Of a stretch of DNA of 64,000 nt, positions 21,665 through 31,159 are shown in pieces (the stretch's first letter is position 1; each line of letters opens with the position of its first letter). The translations under genes were made by a program, and so were the position numbers. The DNA comes from Minisyncoccota bacterium (GTDB taxonomy: Bacteria > Patescibacteriota > Minisyncoccia > Phycocordibacterales > UBA9973): positions 15,967 to 79,966 of the forward strand of contig JBAYUN010000002.1 in the NCBI GenBank assembly GCA_041675085.1. Direction: 5' to 3'. Below the pieces are notes generated by a model, which saw nothing but the letters and a program-made list of their open reading frames with translations, did no database searches and was not told where the DNA came from.

Positions 21665-22153
21665 TTAATTTGTAGTTATTGTTTCTAAGTTTTGCGAGTC
21701 AGACAAAATAGGTGTAGCAGTATTATTTTCAAAATTAGTAGAACCGACGTCCAGAGAAGGAGCGGTAAATGAATTGAGATTAACAGGAGTAGAACTAGAG
21801 AAACTATCTTCTCCGATAGGAGCAAAAGGATTTGGTCTACCTTCATTATTGTCTGGTACTAAAGGAATAGTACCGTCGACTAGACTTTGAAAAGCGATAG
21901 AAGAAAAAATACTGTCATCTAAATTAATATTTTTAACATTGGACAAAGTTGCTAGGATTTGTTGTGAAAATTCAGAATCCAATACTGTCACATTGTTCGC
22001 AGCGGTATTCACAGTCACACCTGAAACTGGGATATTGTTTGTAGAGACTAAATTTGCCTCAGGTTCGTCTTTTTTAATTACAAATAAATATACCAAAACA
22101 AGGACAACTCCGATACTTACAAATATTAAGCCGTTTTTTAAAGTTGAGTTCAT
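21665..22153 (-). CDS. PilP-like pilus biogenesis lipoprotein/hypothetical
   Basis: N-terminal transmembrane/signal segment and Ser/Thr/Asn-rich sequence. Its position between pilO and pilB is the main evidence. Confidence 0.35.
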   Translation of the reverse strand: MNSTLKNGLIFVSIGVVLVLVYLFVIKKDEPEANLVSTNNIPVSGVTVNTAANNVTVLDSEFSQQILATLSNVKNINLDDSIFSSIAFQSLVDGTIPLVPDNNEGRPNPFAPIGEDSFSSSTPVNLNSFTAPSLDVGSTNFENNTATPILSDSQNLETITTN

Positions 22154-22154
22154 G

Positions 22155-22745
22155 TTAGTTTTTTAGCCAATAAGTTTTAATTTTAAAAGTATATATGTAT
22201 GAATCATTTGTAGATTTACTAGAACTTGAAGTCAATGAAGAAAATTCTACAGAAGATACGTCGACTAAGCGTAGATTCTTTTCCATATCTCTCGTGAAAT
22301 TAATAAAATTACTATAAGGACCTTCTACAGAAAATTCTAAATTCCATATACCGTATTCTTTATTTAAATCTCCTACGTCTACTCCAGCTTGGACAACTTC
22401 AGGCTCTCCTTCTTCGGCCTTCTTCTCGTCTTCGTATTTAACATTTTTTAAAGACATACCATAAATAGAAGCTATTTTTTCTATCTCTAAAATCAATCTA
22501 ATATTATCGACTCCATCTGGAAGCATTTTTTGGATTTTATCTCTGTTAACAGGAGTAATATTGTTTAGCTTTGTGACTAATTTATCTCTCTCATTTTCTA
22601 AAGTCTTAGAATTATTTAAGGCATCGTCATATGCACGAACTTGCGCCCTGAGAGCTTGGACTTCGTTATATGCAGGTGTAACAAAAGTCAAAAATCCTCC
22701 GATTGAAACTCCTAGCAATAAAATTGGAATAATAAATCTCATCAT
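22155..22745 (-). CDS. pilO: PilO-like pilus assembly protein
   Basis: N-terminal transmembrane segment, coiled coil and a C-terminal α/β domain. Gene order is pilM-N-O. Confidence 0.55.
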   Translation of the reverse strand: MMRFIIPILLLGVSIGGFLTFVTPAYNEVQALRAQVRAYDDALNNSKTLENERDKLVTKLNNITPVNRDKIQKMLPDGVDNIRLILEIEKIASIYGMSLKNVKYEDEKKAEEGEPEVVQAGVDVGDLNKEYGIWNLEFSVEGPYSNFINFTRDMEKNLRLVDVSSVEFSSLTSSSSKSTNDSYIYTFKIKTYWLKN

Positions 22746-22748
22746 ATA

Positions 22749-23393
22749 TTAATTCTCTTCCCCTGCTCCAGCAGGGATTACGTTAGTCTGAGTGGGTGCA
22801 GTTGGTCTTTCTTTTTCTAGAGTTTGCTTATAATTAACTAAACTTGGATCTACAGAAAAATCTAAATCAAAAATAACGCCACCTTTTTCTTGTAAAGACA
22901 GATTATAGAAAACTGGATCTTTTAGATTTTTATTTGCAGAAAATAAATCTGCTTGCAAAGCGATAGCTCTATAGCCTTCAGCTTCACCTGACATTTTTAC
23001 TAAAATCACATCATTTTCTGCAATTTCATAACTGAATTGAGTATAGCGTACAGACTTCATCGTGATATCTTGTAACACTTTAAAAATAGGACTAATGGTA
23101 ATATGCTGATCTAAAATTTTATTAGAAGCTTTAAGCCTCTTGTCTAGAGTTTGCAATTCAGAAACAGTTGAAACTTCAAATCTTTGGTTTGCACGATTCA
23201 AAGTCTCTTCTTGGGTTTTAATATTTTGAGCTAGAACTGTTTGATAAAAATATAAACCACCAAATGACAATACAACAGATAGAAATAGTATTACAGTAAA
23301 AACAGTCAAAAAGCTCATAGATTTTTTAGGCTTAACAGTATCTTCTATGATTGGTTTTTTTGGTATAAATGATGTTTGAAAATTTTGTTCCAT
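22749..23393 (-). CDS. pilN: PilN-like pilus assembly protein
   Basis: Short cytoplasmic N-terminus, one transmembrane segment and a periplasmic coiled coil. It follows pilM. Confidence 0.55.
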   Translation of the reverse strand: MEQNFQTSFIPKKPIIEDTVKPKKSMSFLTVFTVILFLSVVLSFGGLYFYQTVLAQNIKTQEETLNRANQRFEVSTVSELQTLDKRLKASNKILDQHITISPIFKVLQDITMKSVRYTQFSYEIAENDVILVKMSGEAEGYRAIALQADLFSANKNLKDPVFYNLSLQEKGGVIFDLDFSVDPSLVNYKQTLEKERPTAPTQTNVIPAGAGEEN

Positions 23394-23426
23394 CTTTTAT
23401 ATTTACCTTAATACATTATAAACTAT

Positions 23427-24596
23427 TTATTGTAATTTGCGCAGTGCAAGTCCGATAGCCACACCGAATTCTGGACCAGTTGTCTCTAAAACTTTTTCCA
23501 AAAATGCAGGTGCGCCAACTTTTGAAAAAGGACGACCTATTTCTACCTCGGCTTTAAAATTATTTACAGCTTCTTCTTTCAATCCTTTCAGTAAAGATCC
23601 ACCACCGGTAAATATAACTTTACTAATAGTGCGACCATATTTCTTTTCGTATCTTAATAATACATTATTTGTTTCTGAAAAGATATAGTCGGTGTGGATT
23701 TTTATTATGTCGCCTAGATTTTTTTCAGCTTGATTTTCGTAAAGGCCAAATTCTTTTTTTAATTCTTCAGCTTTCTCAAAAGGGATAGTTAGAGATTTAG
23801 AAATTGAAGAAGTTATATCTGCTCCCCCTCTATCTATCGTGTGATAATTTTTCACCATGCCGAATTCTACAAATGATAATTTGGTACGAGACGCTCCAAC
23901 ATCAATAAGCAAGACTAAAGATAATTCATGCTCAAAACAAGATCTCACAGAAGAGAATATTTCTACTTCGAAAAAAGAAGCAGACAGACCAGCTCCTGAT
24001 ACCACAGAACGGAGTTTAGTGATTGCGTCATTTTGAATAGCCACTACCAAGACTTCTTTTTTAGCTTCTATATTTTTCAAAAAATCTGGATTGTTGGCTT
24101 CTTCAAAAGACATTTCTTTTTTAGGTATTTCAAAGAAATCCAAAGTGACTTCACTCATAGGAACAGGTATGTATTTGCGTGCTTCAGTCGAAACAATAGC
24201 AGACATTTCTTTTTGTTCTATTTGGGCTGGCAAATCCATAGAAAAAATCAGACTGGATTGTATAGGTACAGCCAAAGCAACGGAAGTAGTCGTAGTGCCT
24301 GATTGTTGCAAGACTTCTTTTAAAGCTTCTACAACTTTTTCTATAGAAAGATTTGTAGCCGTGCCTAATTCGGTACCTGCATACGGACCTAAAGCTATCG
24401 CTCCATAAGTCTCAAGCATAGCCTTGCCACCCTTCTTTTTGATTTCAACAATCTTAATAGAAGAAGTACCAATATCAATACCGAGGGCTGAGCCTCCGCT
24501 ACTGTCCCCGCCTCCAGAAACCATACTACTGACTGTATCTAAAATTTTTTTAAAAGGATTGTCCATTTGTGATAAAATATAACTAAAGTATAACAT
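23427..24596 (-). CDS. pilM: type IV pilus assembly protein PilM (actin-like ATPase)
   Basis: ALGIDIGTSSIKIVEI actin-fold phosphate-1 motif …DVGASRTKL…GGGS. The start is probably the internal MDNPFKK (about 24566). Confidence 0.75.
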   Translation of the reverse strand: MLYFSYILSQMDNPFKKILDTVSSMVSGGGDSSGGSALGIDIGTSSIKIVEIKKKGGKAMLETYGAIALGPYAGTELGTATNLSIEKVVEALKEVLQQSGTTTTSVALAVPIQSSLIFSMDLPAQIEQKEMSAIVSTEARKYIPVPMSEVTLDFFEIPKKEMSFEEANNPDFLKNIEAKKEVLVVAIQNDAITKLRSVVSGAGLSASFFEVEIFSSVRSCFEHELSLVLLIDVGASRTKLSFVEFGMVKNYHTIDRGGADITSSISKSLTIPFEKAEELKKEFGLYENQAEKNLGDIIKIHTDYIFSETNNVLLRYEKKYGRTISKVIFTGGGSLLKGLKEEAVNNFKAEVEIGRPFSKVGAPAFLEKVLETTGPEFGVAIGLALRKLQ

Positions 24597-24599
24597 ACA

Positions 24600-25250
24600 A
24601 TGAAAATTCTAAAAACTATTCTAGATATCGTTTTCCCCAATTATTGTATTATTTGTCATGCTAAGGGCAGTGACCTTTGCGCCGACTGCCTCTACAAAGC
24701 TCAAATCTCAGAAAAAGAGGTAGAAGAATATGTCTATCCCCTATATGACTATCGAGATACTATTATCAAGAGAGCCATATGGAACCTGAAATACAAAAAC
24801 AAGAAAAATTTAAGTCTTGTCTTTGCAGAAATAATGTATCCAAAAATCTTGGAAGAATTAGGAGACATGAAAGCATTTGAGAATTTTACGAACCCGATAC
24901 TTATCCCAATACCAGTCTCCAAAAAAAGATTAAAAGAAAGAGGTTATAATCAGAGTTTATTGATTGCTAAAGAACTAAATAAAATAGATCGGGACAAGAG
25001 TTTTGTTTTAATGAATAATATTTTAATAAAACACAAAGAGACTATTCACCAAGCACATGTAAAAAATAAAAAAGAAAGATTGGCAAACTTGATCGGAAGT
25101 TTTTCTGTTATAAATAAAGAACTTATAAAAAACAGAAATATTATTTTGATAGATGACGTCACCACCACAGGCGCCACATTAAAAGAAGCAAAAAAAGAAC
25201 TAAAGAAAAACGGAGCTAGAAAAATTATCGCTTTTACTATCGCGCATTAA
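24600..25250 (+). CDS. comFC: ComF family protein (ComFC, phosphoribosyltransferase-type)
   Basis: N-terminal double zinc ribbon CIICH…CADC and a C-terminal PRTase motif IILIDDVTTTGATL. Confidence 0.8.
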   Translation: MKILKTILDIVFPNYCIICHAKGSDLCADCLYKAQISEKEVEEYVYPLYDYRDTIIKRAIWNLKYKNKKNLSLVFAEIMYPKILEELGDMKAFENFTNPILIPIPVSKKRLKERGYNQSLLIAKELNKIDRDKSFVLMNNILIKHKETIHQAHVKNKKERLANLIGSFSVINKELIKNRNIILIDDVTTTGATLKEAKKELKKNGARKIIAFTIAH

Positions 25251-25286
25251 ATTTTAATTAGAAACAAATCAGTATATACTATATAC

Positions 25287-26447
25287 ATGAACAACGATAT
25301 ATATAAACAATCTTTAGATTTGCATGGAGAATATGGCGGTAAGTTAGAAACAAAAAGTAAAATCAAACTAGACTCAAAAGAAGTATTGTCTTTAGCTTAT
25401 AGTCCAGGAGTTGCTGAAGTCTCTAGAGTTATCGCACTTGACCCTGCTCTCGCTAAAACTTATACCTTAAAGAAAAATACTATCGCTATAGTGAGCGACG
25501 GCTCGGCTATACTCGGACTCGGTAATCTAGGACCCTTAGCGGCTATACCTGTGATGGAAGGTAAAGCTTGTATCTTTAAAGAATTCGCCGACGTAGATGC
25601 CTTCCCTATTTGTCTCGATACACAAGACACCGAAGAAATAATAAAAATAGTAAAAAACATCGCTCCAGTTTTCGGAGGAATTAATCTCGAAGATATTTCA
25701 GCTCCTAGATGTTTCGAAATAGAAGAACGCCTAAGACGAGAGCTAGATATACCTGTAATGCATGATGATCAATGGGGCGCCGCGACGGTCACACTAGCAG
25801 CCTTGATAAATTCTTTAAAATTACTAGACCAAGATTTTAAAAATAAAAAAGATACTTATAAAATAGTTATGAGTGGAGTCGGAGCTGCGGGTGTAGCTAC
25901 AGCGAGACTACTAGACGTGTACGGATTTAAAAATATTATCTATTGTGATAGTCATGGAATAATACATAAAGGACGCACGGATTTAAATAAAGAAAAAGTA
26001 GAATTAATAGAGAATAGTAAAGCTCTCCCAAAAGAAGGAAAATTAGAAGACGCTATCATAGAGGCTCAAGTTTTCATCGGTCTATCAAAACCAAACACTC
26101 TCACAAAAGAGATGGTAAAGACTATGAGTGACCGTCCGATAATCTTTGCCCTTGCTAACCCTACTCCTGAGATAATGCCCGAAGATGCACTCGAGGCAGG
26201 AGCATACATAGTAGCTACTGGACGTAGTGACTACCCTAACCAAATAAATAATTCTCTTGTATTCCCTGGAGCATTTAAAGGAATGCTAGAAAATAATATT
26301 CCACAATTTAAAATAGAAATGTTCTCGGCTATCGCAGAGTCATTAGCAGAATCTCTAAAAGACGTATCTACAAATAAAATCATTCATTCTATGTTTGATA
26401 AAGAAGTAGTCGATATCGTACGCGAGACTATCAAAAAATTTAAGTAA
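25287..26447 (+). CDS. NAD(P)-dependent malic enzyme (short form)
   Basis: LSLAYSPGVA N-terminus and a Rossmann motif GVGAAGVATARLL. Length 386 aa. Confidence 0.8.
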   Translation: MNNDIYKQSLDLHGEYGGKLETKSKIKLDSKEVLSLAYSPGVAEVSRVIALDPALAKTYTLKKNTIAIVSDGSAILGLGNLGPLAAIPVMEGKACIFKEFADVDAFPICLDTQDTEEIIKIVKNIAPVFGGINLEDISAPRCFEIEERLRRELDIPVMHDDQWGAATVTLAALINSLKLLDQDFKNKKDTYKIVMSGVGAAGVATARLLDVYGFKNIIYCDSHGIIHKGRTDLNKEKVELIENSKALPKEGKLEDAIIEAQVFIGLSKPNTLTKEMVKTMSDRPIIFALANPTPEIMPEDALEAGAYIVATGRSDYPNQINNSLVFPGAFKGMLENNIPQFKIEMFSAIAESLAESLKDVSTNKIIHSMFDKEVVDIVRETIKKFK

Positions 26448-26450
26448 AAT

Positions 26451-26945
26451 TTATTTTAAATTATCTACAGTAATTTCTGATTTTGGATTAAAGGCTTCAG
26501 GGTCTATTTCCAAATGCATTTCAGTCTTATTTACTACCACAAAGTCTCCCAAGAATTTTAAAAAGTCTTCTTTAACTTCTTTTTCACCTGATTCTAGGAA
26601 ATGGTCCATCGGGTGACCTTCGGGAGTATATTCAAAATGCCCTCTTATTTCTCCGTCTTCGAAAACTCGCAAATGATATTGAGTGTTAAAATCTATCAAT
26701 TTTCTCCAGCTCAAAACCTGACCATTGTCCACCCAAGCTACGAAATGATTACCAAAACCCCAATTATTATGGAGATGATGTTTTAAATCTTCCAGAGTAG
26801 CGCCTGCTTTAAGCCAGCCTATATGATACTCTTGTCTGCCTTTATGATGAATGATTTTATACTTTAATAAAAAAGTTTGAAATTTATGAAAAAATTTATA
26901 AATAAAAGACCAGACATGCTTTTTGATTTTATCTCCAGAATTCAT
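26451..26945 (-). CDS. hypothetical His-rich protein
   Basis: 164-aa ORF with many His residues (HHKGRQEYH, HHLHNNWGFGNHF, GHFEYTPEGHPMDH). No confident family assignment. Confidence 0.4.
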   Translation of the reverse strand: MNSGDKIKKHVWSFIYKFFHKFQTFLLKYKIIHHKGRQEYHIGWLKAGATLEDLKHHLHNNWGFGNHFVAWVDNGQVLSWRKLIDFNTQYHLRVFEDGEIRGHFEYTPEGHPMDHFLESGEKEVKEDFLKFLGDFVVVNKTEMHLEIDPEAFNPKSEITVDNLK

Positions 26946-26974
26946 ACTAGGAGTATATCATATTTGATATAAAG

Positions 26975-27394
26975 TTAGACGAATTTACTCTCGTCTATTT
27001 TGTCATTCCTAAAGTCTTTCAATAAATAGCCTCCTGTGTATTGAAAATGAGGCAAATCTTGAAAAGTCTTCCAAGCTCCTCCCCATTCTAAGCCAAGGAG
27101 CATTCCGAGCTCTCCAACTTTTTTAAAAAGTTTTTTATTTTTCCAAGCAGGCCTATCGTCCACAATAGGACAAAAATCAAAAGCTACTCCAAAATTATGA
27201 AATGAATACCCACCTTTAGCATTAGTAACGATACTCCCTTTTGTCGTCCTACCTTGGGCATATAGTGCGTCTTGTTCTGCTTTGGTACGTAGGGTTTGAG
27301 TAATAATGATTTTTATTTTTTCTTTCTTGCAAGATTTTATTAATTCTTCCGCAAGTCTTTTAACTTTTGGTTTTAATTGATCTAAGTTATTCAT
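26975..27394 (-). CDS. peptidase M15 family (VanY/CwlK/phage L-Ala-D-Glu endopeptidase-like)
   Basis: SFHNFGVAFDF (HxxxxxxD) and LEWGGAWKTFQDLPHFQY (H) zinc-ligand motifs. Length 139 aa. Confidence 0.65.
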   Translation of the reverse strand: MNNLDQLKPKVKRLAEELIKSCKKEKIKIIITQTLRTKAEQDALYAQGRTTKGSIVTNAKGGYSFHNFGVAFDFCPIVDDRPAWKNKKLFKKVGELGMLLGLEWGGAWKTFQDLPHFQYTGGYLLKDFRNDKIDESKFV

Positions 27395-27412
27395 AACAAA
27401 TTCTTGATAAAT

Positions 27413-27808
27413 TTATCTATTTAAATAAGTGATAGTTAACTGTAAAACAGTCGCAAAAGAAACCCAAAGTAAATACGGTATTTGGATATATGTTATCCAT
27501 TTAGCATACGGATATATCATATACATAGCCCATAATAGAGTAATCAAAACTAAAAGAATATCTATAGAAGCGAGTAGATTATTCTTTAAAGTAAATTGAA
27601 AATAAGTAAAAATGAAATTAAAAAATAGATTTAAGATAAAAGGCAAAACTACTTCTATCGGGACCTTGCCTTTATAATACATCATAAAAACTCTAGTAAA
27701 AGAAACAAAGATTAGAATATATAAAATACTCCAAACCGGCCCAAAAAGATAACTAGGCGGAGCCCAAGATGGTTTGACTAAAGTAGAATACCAATTATAT
27801 GTGTTCAT
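27413..27808 (-). CDS. tspO: TspO/MBR family tryptophan-rich sensory protein
   Basis: WYSTLVKPSWAPPSYLFGPVWSILY signature. Five transmembrane segments. Confidence 0.7.
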   Translation of the reverse strand: MNTYNWYSTLVKPSWAPPSYLFGPVWSILYILIFVSFTRVFMMYYKGKVPIEVVLPFILNLFFNFIFTYFQFTLKNNLLASIDILLVLITLLWAMYMIYPYAKWITYIQIPYLLWVSFATVLQLTITYLNR

Positions 27809-27826
27809 ATTAAAATTATAGCATTT

Positions 27827-28081
27827 TTATTTTCCGCTTCGCACCGCTTTCACTAAGAAGATCAAAACCACTGCCCCAAGTAGAGCTACTAAGAAACTGT
27901 ATAGACTAAATCCATTAACTCCAGTCCCTCCAATACCATCAACAATAAATCCGCCCAGACTTGCCCCAACGATACCCACAACGATATTCAACAATACACC
28001 TTGCTCGGCGTCTGTATTCATAATGAGTGATGCTACCCATCCTACCAATCCCCCAAATATAATCCAAAGTATGATTCCCAT
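27827..28081 (-). CDS. GlsB/YeaQ/YmgE family transglycosylase-associated membrane protein
   Basis: 84 aa with Gly-rich transmembrane repeats GGLVGWVASLI…GIVGASLGGFIV. Confidence 0.65.
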   Translation of the reverse strand: MGIILWIIFGGLVGWVASLIMNTDAEQGVLLNIVVGIVGASLGGFIVDGIGGTGVNGFSLYSFLVALLGAVVLIFLVKAVRSGK

Positions 28082-28154
28082 AAAATTAAAAATTAAAATA
28101 ATAATACCTACAATACTGTAGACGAATAAGAGTGAGAATTATTACAAAAATTAT

Positions 28155-28244
28155 TGGCGGAGCCGGAGGGATTCGAACCCTCGAGACCTTTTACAGCCTG
28201 CCTCTTTAGCAAAGAGGTAGATTAGACCACTCTCCCACGGCTCC
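28155..28244 (-). tRNA. tRNA-Ser(GCU)
   Basis: The reverse complement gives GGAGCCG…anticodon stem CCTCT/AGAGG with loop TTGCTAA…long variable arm…GGGTTCGAATCCC…CGGCTCC-G-CCA. CCA is encoded. Confidence 0.85.
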
Positions 28245-28310
28245 ATAAGACCATGTTAGCATATTATTACTATTTTTCCATTTTATGCTATATTAGTAAA
28301 TGTGCCACAC

Positions 28311-28397
28311 GGAGAGATGGATGAGTGGTTTAAATCAACGGTTTACTAAACCGTCGTCCCTTAAACAGGACCGCGAGTTCGAATCTCGCTCTCTCCG
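28311..28397 (+). tRNA. Ser-type tRNA (long variable arm, discriminator G) with apparent anticodon ACU
   Basis: Acceptor GGAGAGA/TCTCTCC. D-arm GAT…ATC. Anticodon stem ACGGT/ACCGT with loop TTACTAA. Variable arm GTCC…GGAC. T-arm GCGAG-TTCGAAT-CTCGC. The anticodon reading is non-canonical (see findings). Confidence 0.6.
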
Positions 28398-28408
28398 CAG
28401 AGACAATA

Positions 28409-29557
28409 TTACCCTATATCCTGCATTAAGCCTGAGACTGTCATTCTATTTATAGAAGATTCTTTTATTTGTCCTGAGAGACGATATTTTACATAGTTTC
28501 CTTCTTTATTTGAAACTTTAAAATTTAAATTAATTTCTTTGACTTCTTTGTTAGCAATACTATCCATCATATTCAAGAAATTTTCTTTATCATCTGGAGA
28601 TATCAAGTCTACGAAACTTTCTAAAGAGAATTTTGTAGTTGTTGCTATATTAAAAACAGAAGCGAGATGATTGTCGAAATAAAAGAATTTCTCAGGAAGA
28701 TAGAAAGTAAATTTACCCACCTTGGCTAAATCCTGCAACTCTTTGAATTTCTTTTCTTTAATAGAAAAACCATCAGTTTCTTTTTCTAGAACTTCTATTG
28801 AAGATTCTTTTTTGTAAATAGAAAACAATAAAGACAAGATAATGATTGCTATCAAAACACCTACCAAGCTAATAGTGATAGTCGCAAATAAAGTCTGACT
28901 ACGCCAAATATCTACAGACACATCAATACCCAATAAGGCTACAGTATTACCACTCGCATCCAAGATAGGCGCATAAGCTGAATACCAATCTCCCCAACTA
29001 TCTTTGTATGGGCCATCCACATAACTCTCCCCTTTCAAGAAATGTTCAATATCGACAGGTCGAGTATCTTCAAAAATCTGACCTGGAGGAGAATATTCAC
29101 TAGAATTTACAGGTTCTGTATCGAGAAAGAAAAATTGTTTATTTAAATTTTGATCATAACCTAAAAGATACAAGAAACGTATCTCGGGATTTAGTTCTCT
29201 AAAAGAGATGAGTTTGTTTAAAATATTTGTATAATTTTCTGAATTTAAGTCTGAAGCGTCTTTACGAAAATTACTCACATCTTCTGCATCTATAAATAAT
29301 GAAGCTTGCTTGGCTTGAGTTATAAGCTCATTGTTTTGATTTTTAAGAATATAATTATTGACCCGCAAAATAGCAAAAATAATACATATAGCCGTAATAC
29401 TAATAACTAAAATGATGGTTGAGATTTTTTTCATAAAATAAAGCTTAATGATATACATAGAATTATATAATCTTTTAAACAAGAAAGCTACAACTCTGTT
29501 ATAATTAAGACATGAAAAAAATCGTAATTTTAGGAGGTTCGGGTTTTGTGGGTACAA
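28409..29557 (-). CDS. membrane sensor protein: extracellular Cache-like domain, transmembrane segment, cytoplasmic PAS-like domain, no output domain
   Basis: A signal-anchor, an extracellular domain of about 200 aa, a second transmembrane segment (LFATITISLVGVLIAIIIL) and a C-terminal PAS-like fold. The likely start is the internal MKKISTIIL (about 29434), which removes the overlap with the + strand gene. Confidence 0.5.
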   Translation of the reverse strand: MYPQNPNLLKLRFFSCLNYNRVVAFLFKRLYNSMYIIKLYFMKKISTIILVISITAICIIFAILRVNNYILKNQNNELITQAKQASLFIDAEDVSNFRKDASDLNSENYTNILNKLISFRELNPEIRFLYLLGYDQNLNKQFFFLDTEPVNSSEYSPPGQIFEDTRPVDIEHFLKGESYVDGPYKDSWGDWYSAYAPILDASGNTVALLGIDVSVDIWRSQTLFATITISLVGVLIAIIILSLLFSIYKKESSIEVLEKETDGFSIKEKKFKELQDLAKVGKFTFYLPEKFFYFDNHLASVFNIATTTKFSLESFVDLISPDDKENFLNMMDSIANKEVKEINLNFKVSNKEGNYVKYRLSGQIKESSINRMTVSGLMQDIG

Positions 29558-30399
29558 ACCTCACAGAAAAATTATTAGCAAAAGATTATCAAGTGTTGAT
29601 CTTGGATATTATGCCGTCTCGTCTCACTCATCAAAATCTAACTTTTCACAAACTTAATCTAATGGATGAGGATATACCTACAGAGATTATTATTAATAGT
29701 CATGGGATCATCAATCTCGCTGGTATTCCGATATTTGGTAGATTTACTAAAAAATACAAAGACTTAATCTATAAATCAAGAATCCTAACAACTCGAAATA
29801 TAGTCAAAGCAATCATGTCATTGGAAGTAAGACCAAAAGTCTTGGTTAGTGCTTCGGCTATTGGATATTATGGAGATCAAAAAGATAAACTTTTAAATGA
29901 AGAAATGCCCTCGGGAGAGGATTTCTTGTCTCATGTTTGCAAAGACTGGGAAACAGAAGCACTAAAATTAAAAGATACGGGTACTAGAGTGGTTATCTTG
30001 AGAACTGCTCATGTCATAGGTCAAGGTAGCCTCGCTAAAATATTAAAAAATCTTTTTACAAAAAACATCGGAGGTTATTTTGGGAACGGTGCTCAGAGAA
30101 TGCCTTGGATTAGTTCGTCGGATTTGGTAGATATGTATATCTTTGCTTTAGAAGAAAATATCAAAGGTATCTACAACACTGCCTCAAATAGTCCAACTCA
30201 AAAAGAATTTATGAATGCATTTAAAGAAAGATACAAAAGTCTATTTACTTGGAGCATACCTCGTTTTTTTGGATTTTTACTTTATGGAGAATTTATAGAT
30301 ACCCTCCTGGGAGGACAAAATATAGATAGTACTAAAATCAAAAATAGTGCTTTTGTATTTAAAGATACAGAACTCAAAGAATTGCTAAAAAATATTTAA
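29512..30399 (+). CDS. TIGR01777/YfcH-family NAD(P)-binding epimerase-like protein (DUF1731)
   Basis: ILGGSGFVGTNL Rossmann motif. Length and C-terminal region are typical of YfcH. Confidence 0.65.
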   Translation: MKKIVILGGSGFVGTNLTEKLLAKDYQVLILDIMPSRLTHQNLTFHKLNLMDEDIPTEIIINSHGIINLAGIPIFGRFTKKYKDLIYKSRILTTRNIVKAIMSLEVRPKVLVSASAIGYYGDQKDKLLNEEMPSGEDFLSHVCKDWETEALKLKDTGTRVVILRTAHVIGQGSLAKILKNLFTKNIGGYFGNGAQRMPWISSSDLVDMYIFALEENIKGIYNTASNSPTQKEFMNAFKERYKSLFTWSIPRFFGFLLYGEFIDTLLGGQNIDSTKIKNSAFVFKDTELKELLKNI

Positions 30400-30401
30400 A
30401 A

Positions 30402-30992
30402 CTAAGAATTATTTTTCATATCTAAGATTTCTTTTTCTAATTTCTTAACATTAATTTTTAATTTTTTTGTCTCGGCAATAAATTTTAATTGAACTGAATT
30501 AGCATGCTCAGCCAAAGTTTCGGCTACGGCTACCATGTCAGTAATATCTTCTATAGCCAAAAGTATTATTGGTGGGAATTTTACAGAAGTTTTATCTTCT
30601 TTAAAGTGTATTTCACGTGCATTCAATATCATAACCTTGCGTCCAATAAATGGAAATTCATGGCTAACCTCAAAACCTTTAAAAAAGGTATTTTTAGGTA
30701 AAATATCTTCAAGTAATTTTCTAAGTGCAGGTATATCCCACTGATGATTACCTAATTCATAAATTTTCTTACCCTCAGTGTCTTTCATCTCAACCTGAAA
30801 GGTTCTATAAAAAGAATCGTTTGCTGCCATAACTTTAAAATTTTTATCTAAAATCAAAATCGGCTCCCGAACGATATCTACCACGGTCCTGACATAAGTC
30901 CAACTTTTTTCCCAAAGGTCTAAAGTTAAATTATTGTCGGCGGTAGAATTTATTTCAAGTTTTTTTTCTTTCTTTTGATTATTATGTTTCAT
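30402..30992 (-). CDS. stand-alone PAS domain protein with C-terminal coiled coil
   Basis: The PAS core (VREPILILDKNFKVMAANDSFYRTF…) is followed by a heptad-repeat tail. Confidence 0.55.
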   Translation of the reverse strand: MKHNNQKKEKKLEINSTADNNLTLDLWEKSWTYVRTVVDIVREPILILDKNFKVMAANDSFYRTFQVEMKDTEGKKIYELGNHQWDIPALRKLLEDILPKNTFFKGFEVSHEFPFIGRKVMILNAREIHFKEDKTSVKFPPIILLAIEDITDMVAVAETLAEHANSVQLKFIAETKKLKINVKKLEKEILDMKNNS

Positions 30993-31045
30993 ACTATCTT
31001 AGACGTAGATACAGAGTGATTATTACAAAATAAGAAGAAATATAA

Positions 31046-31054
31046 TGGTATAAT
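31046..31054 (+). promoter_or_regulatory. candidate extended -10 promoter (TGGTATAAT) upstream of the sigma factor gene
   Basis: tggtataat at 31046-31054 in the divergent intergenic region. A second TATAAT lies at 31041-31046. Confidence 0.35.
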
Positions 31055-31159
31055 AGAAAAAGGTATATATACTAAGTAAAATCAGGCTAATATCAAATAA
31101 CAAATTAATAAACAATAAAGACTGTAATAATATCACTTGTGATACGGCTTCATAAATAA

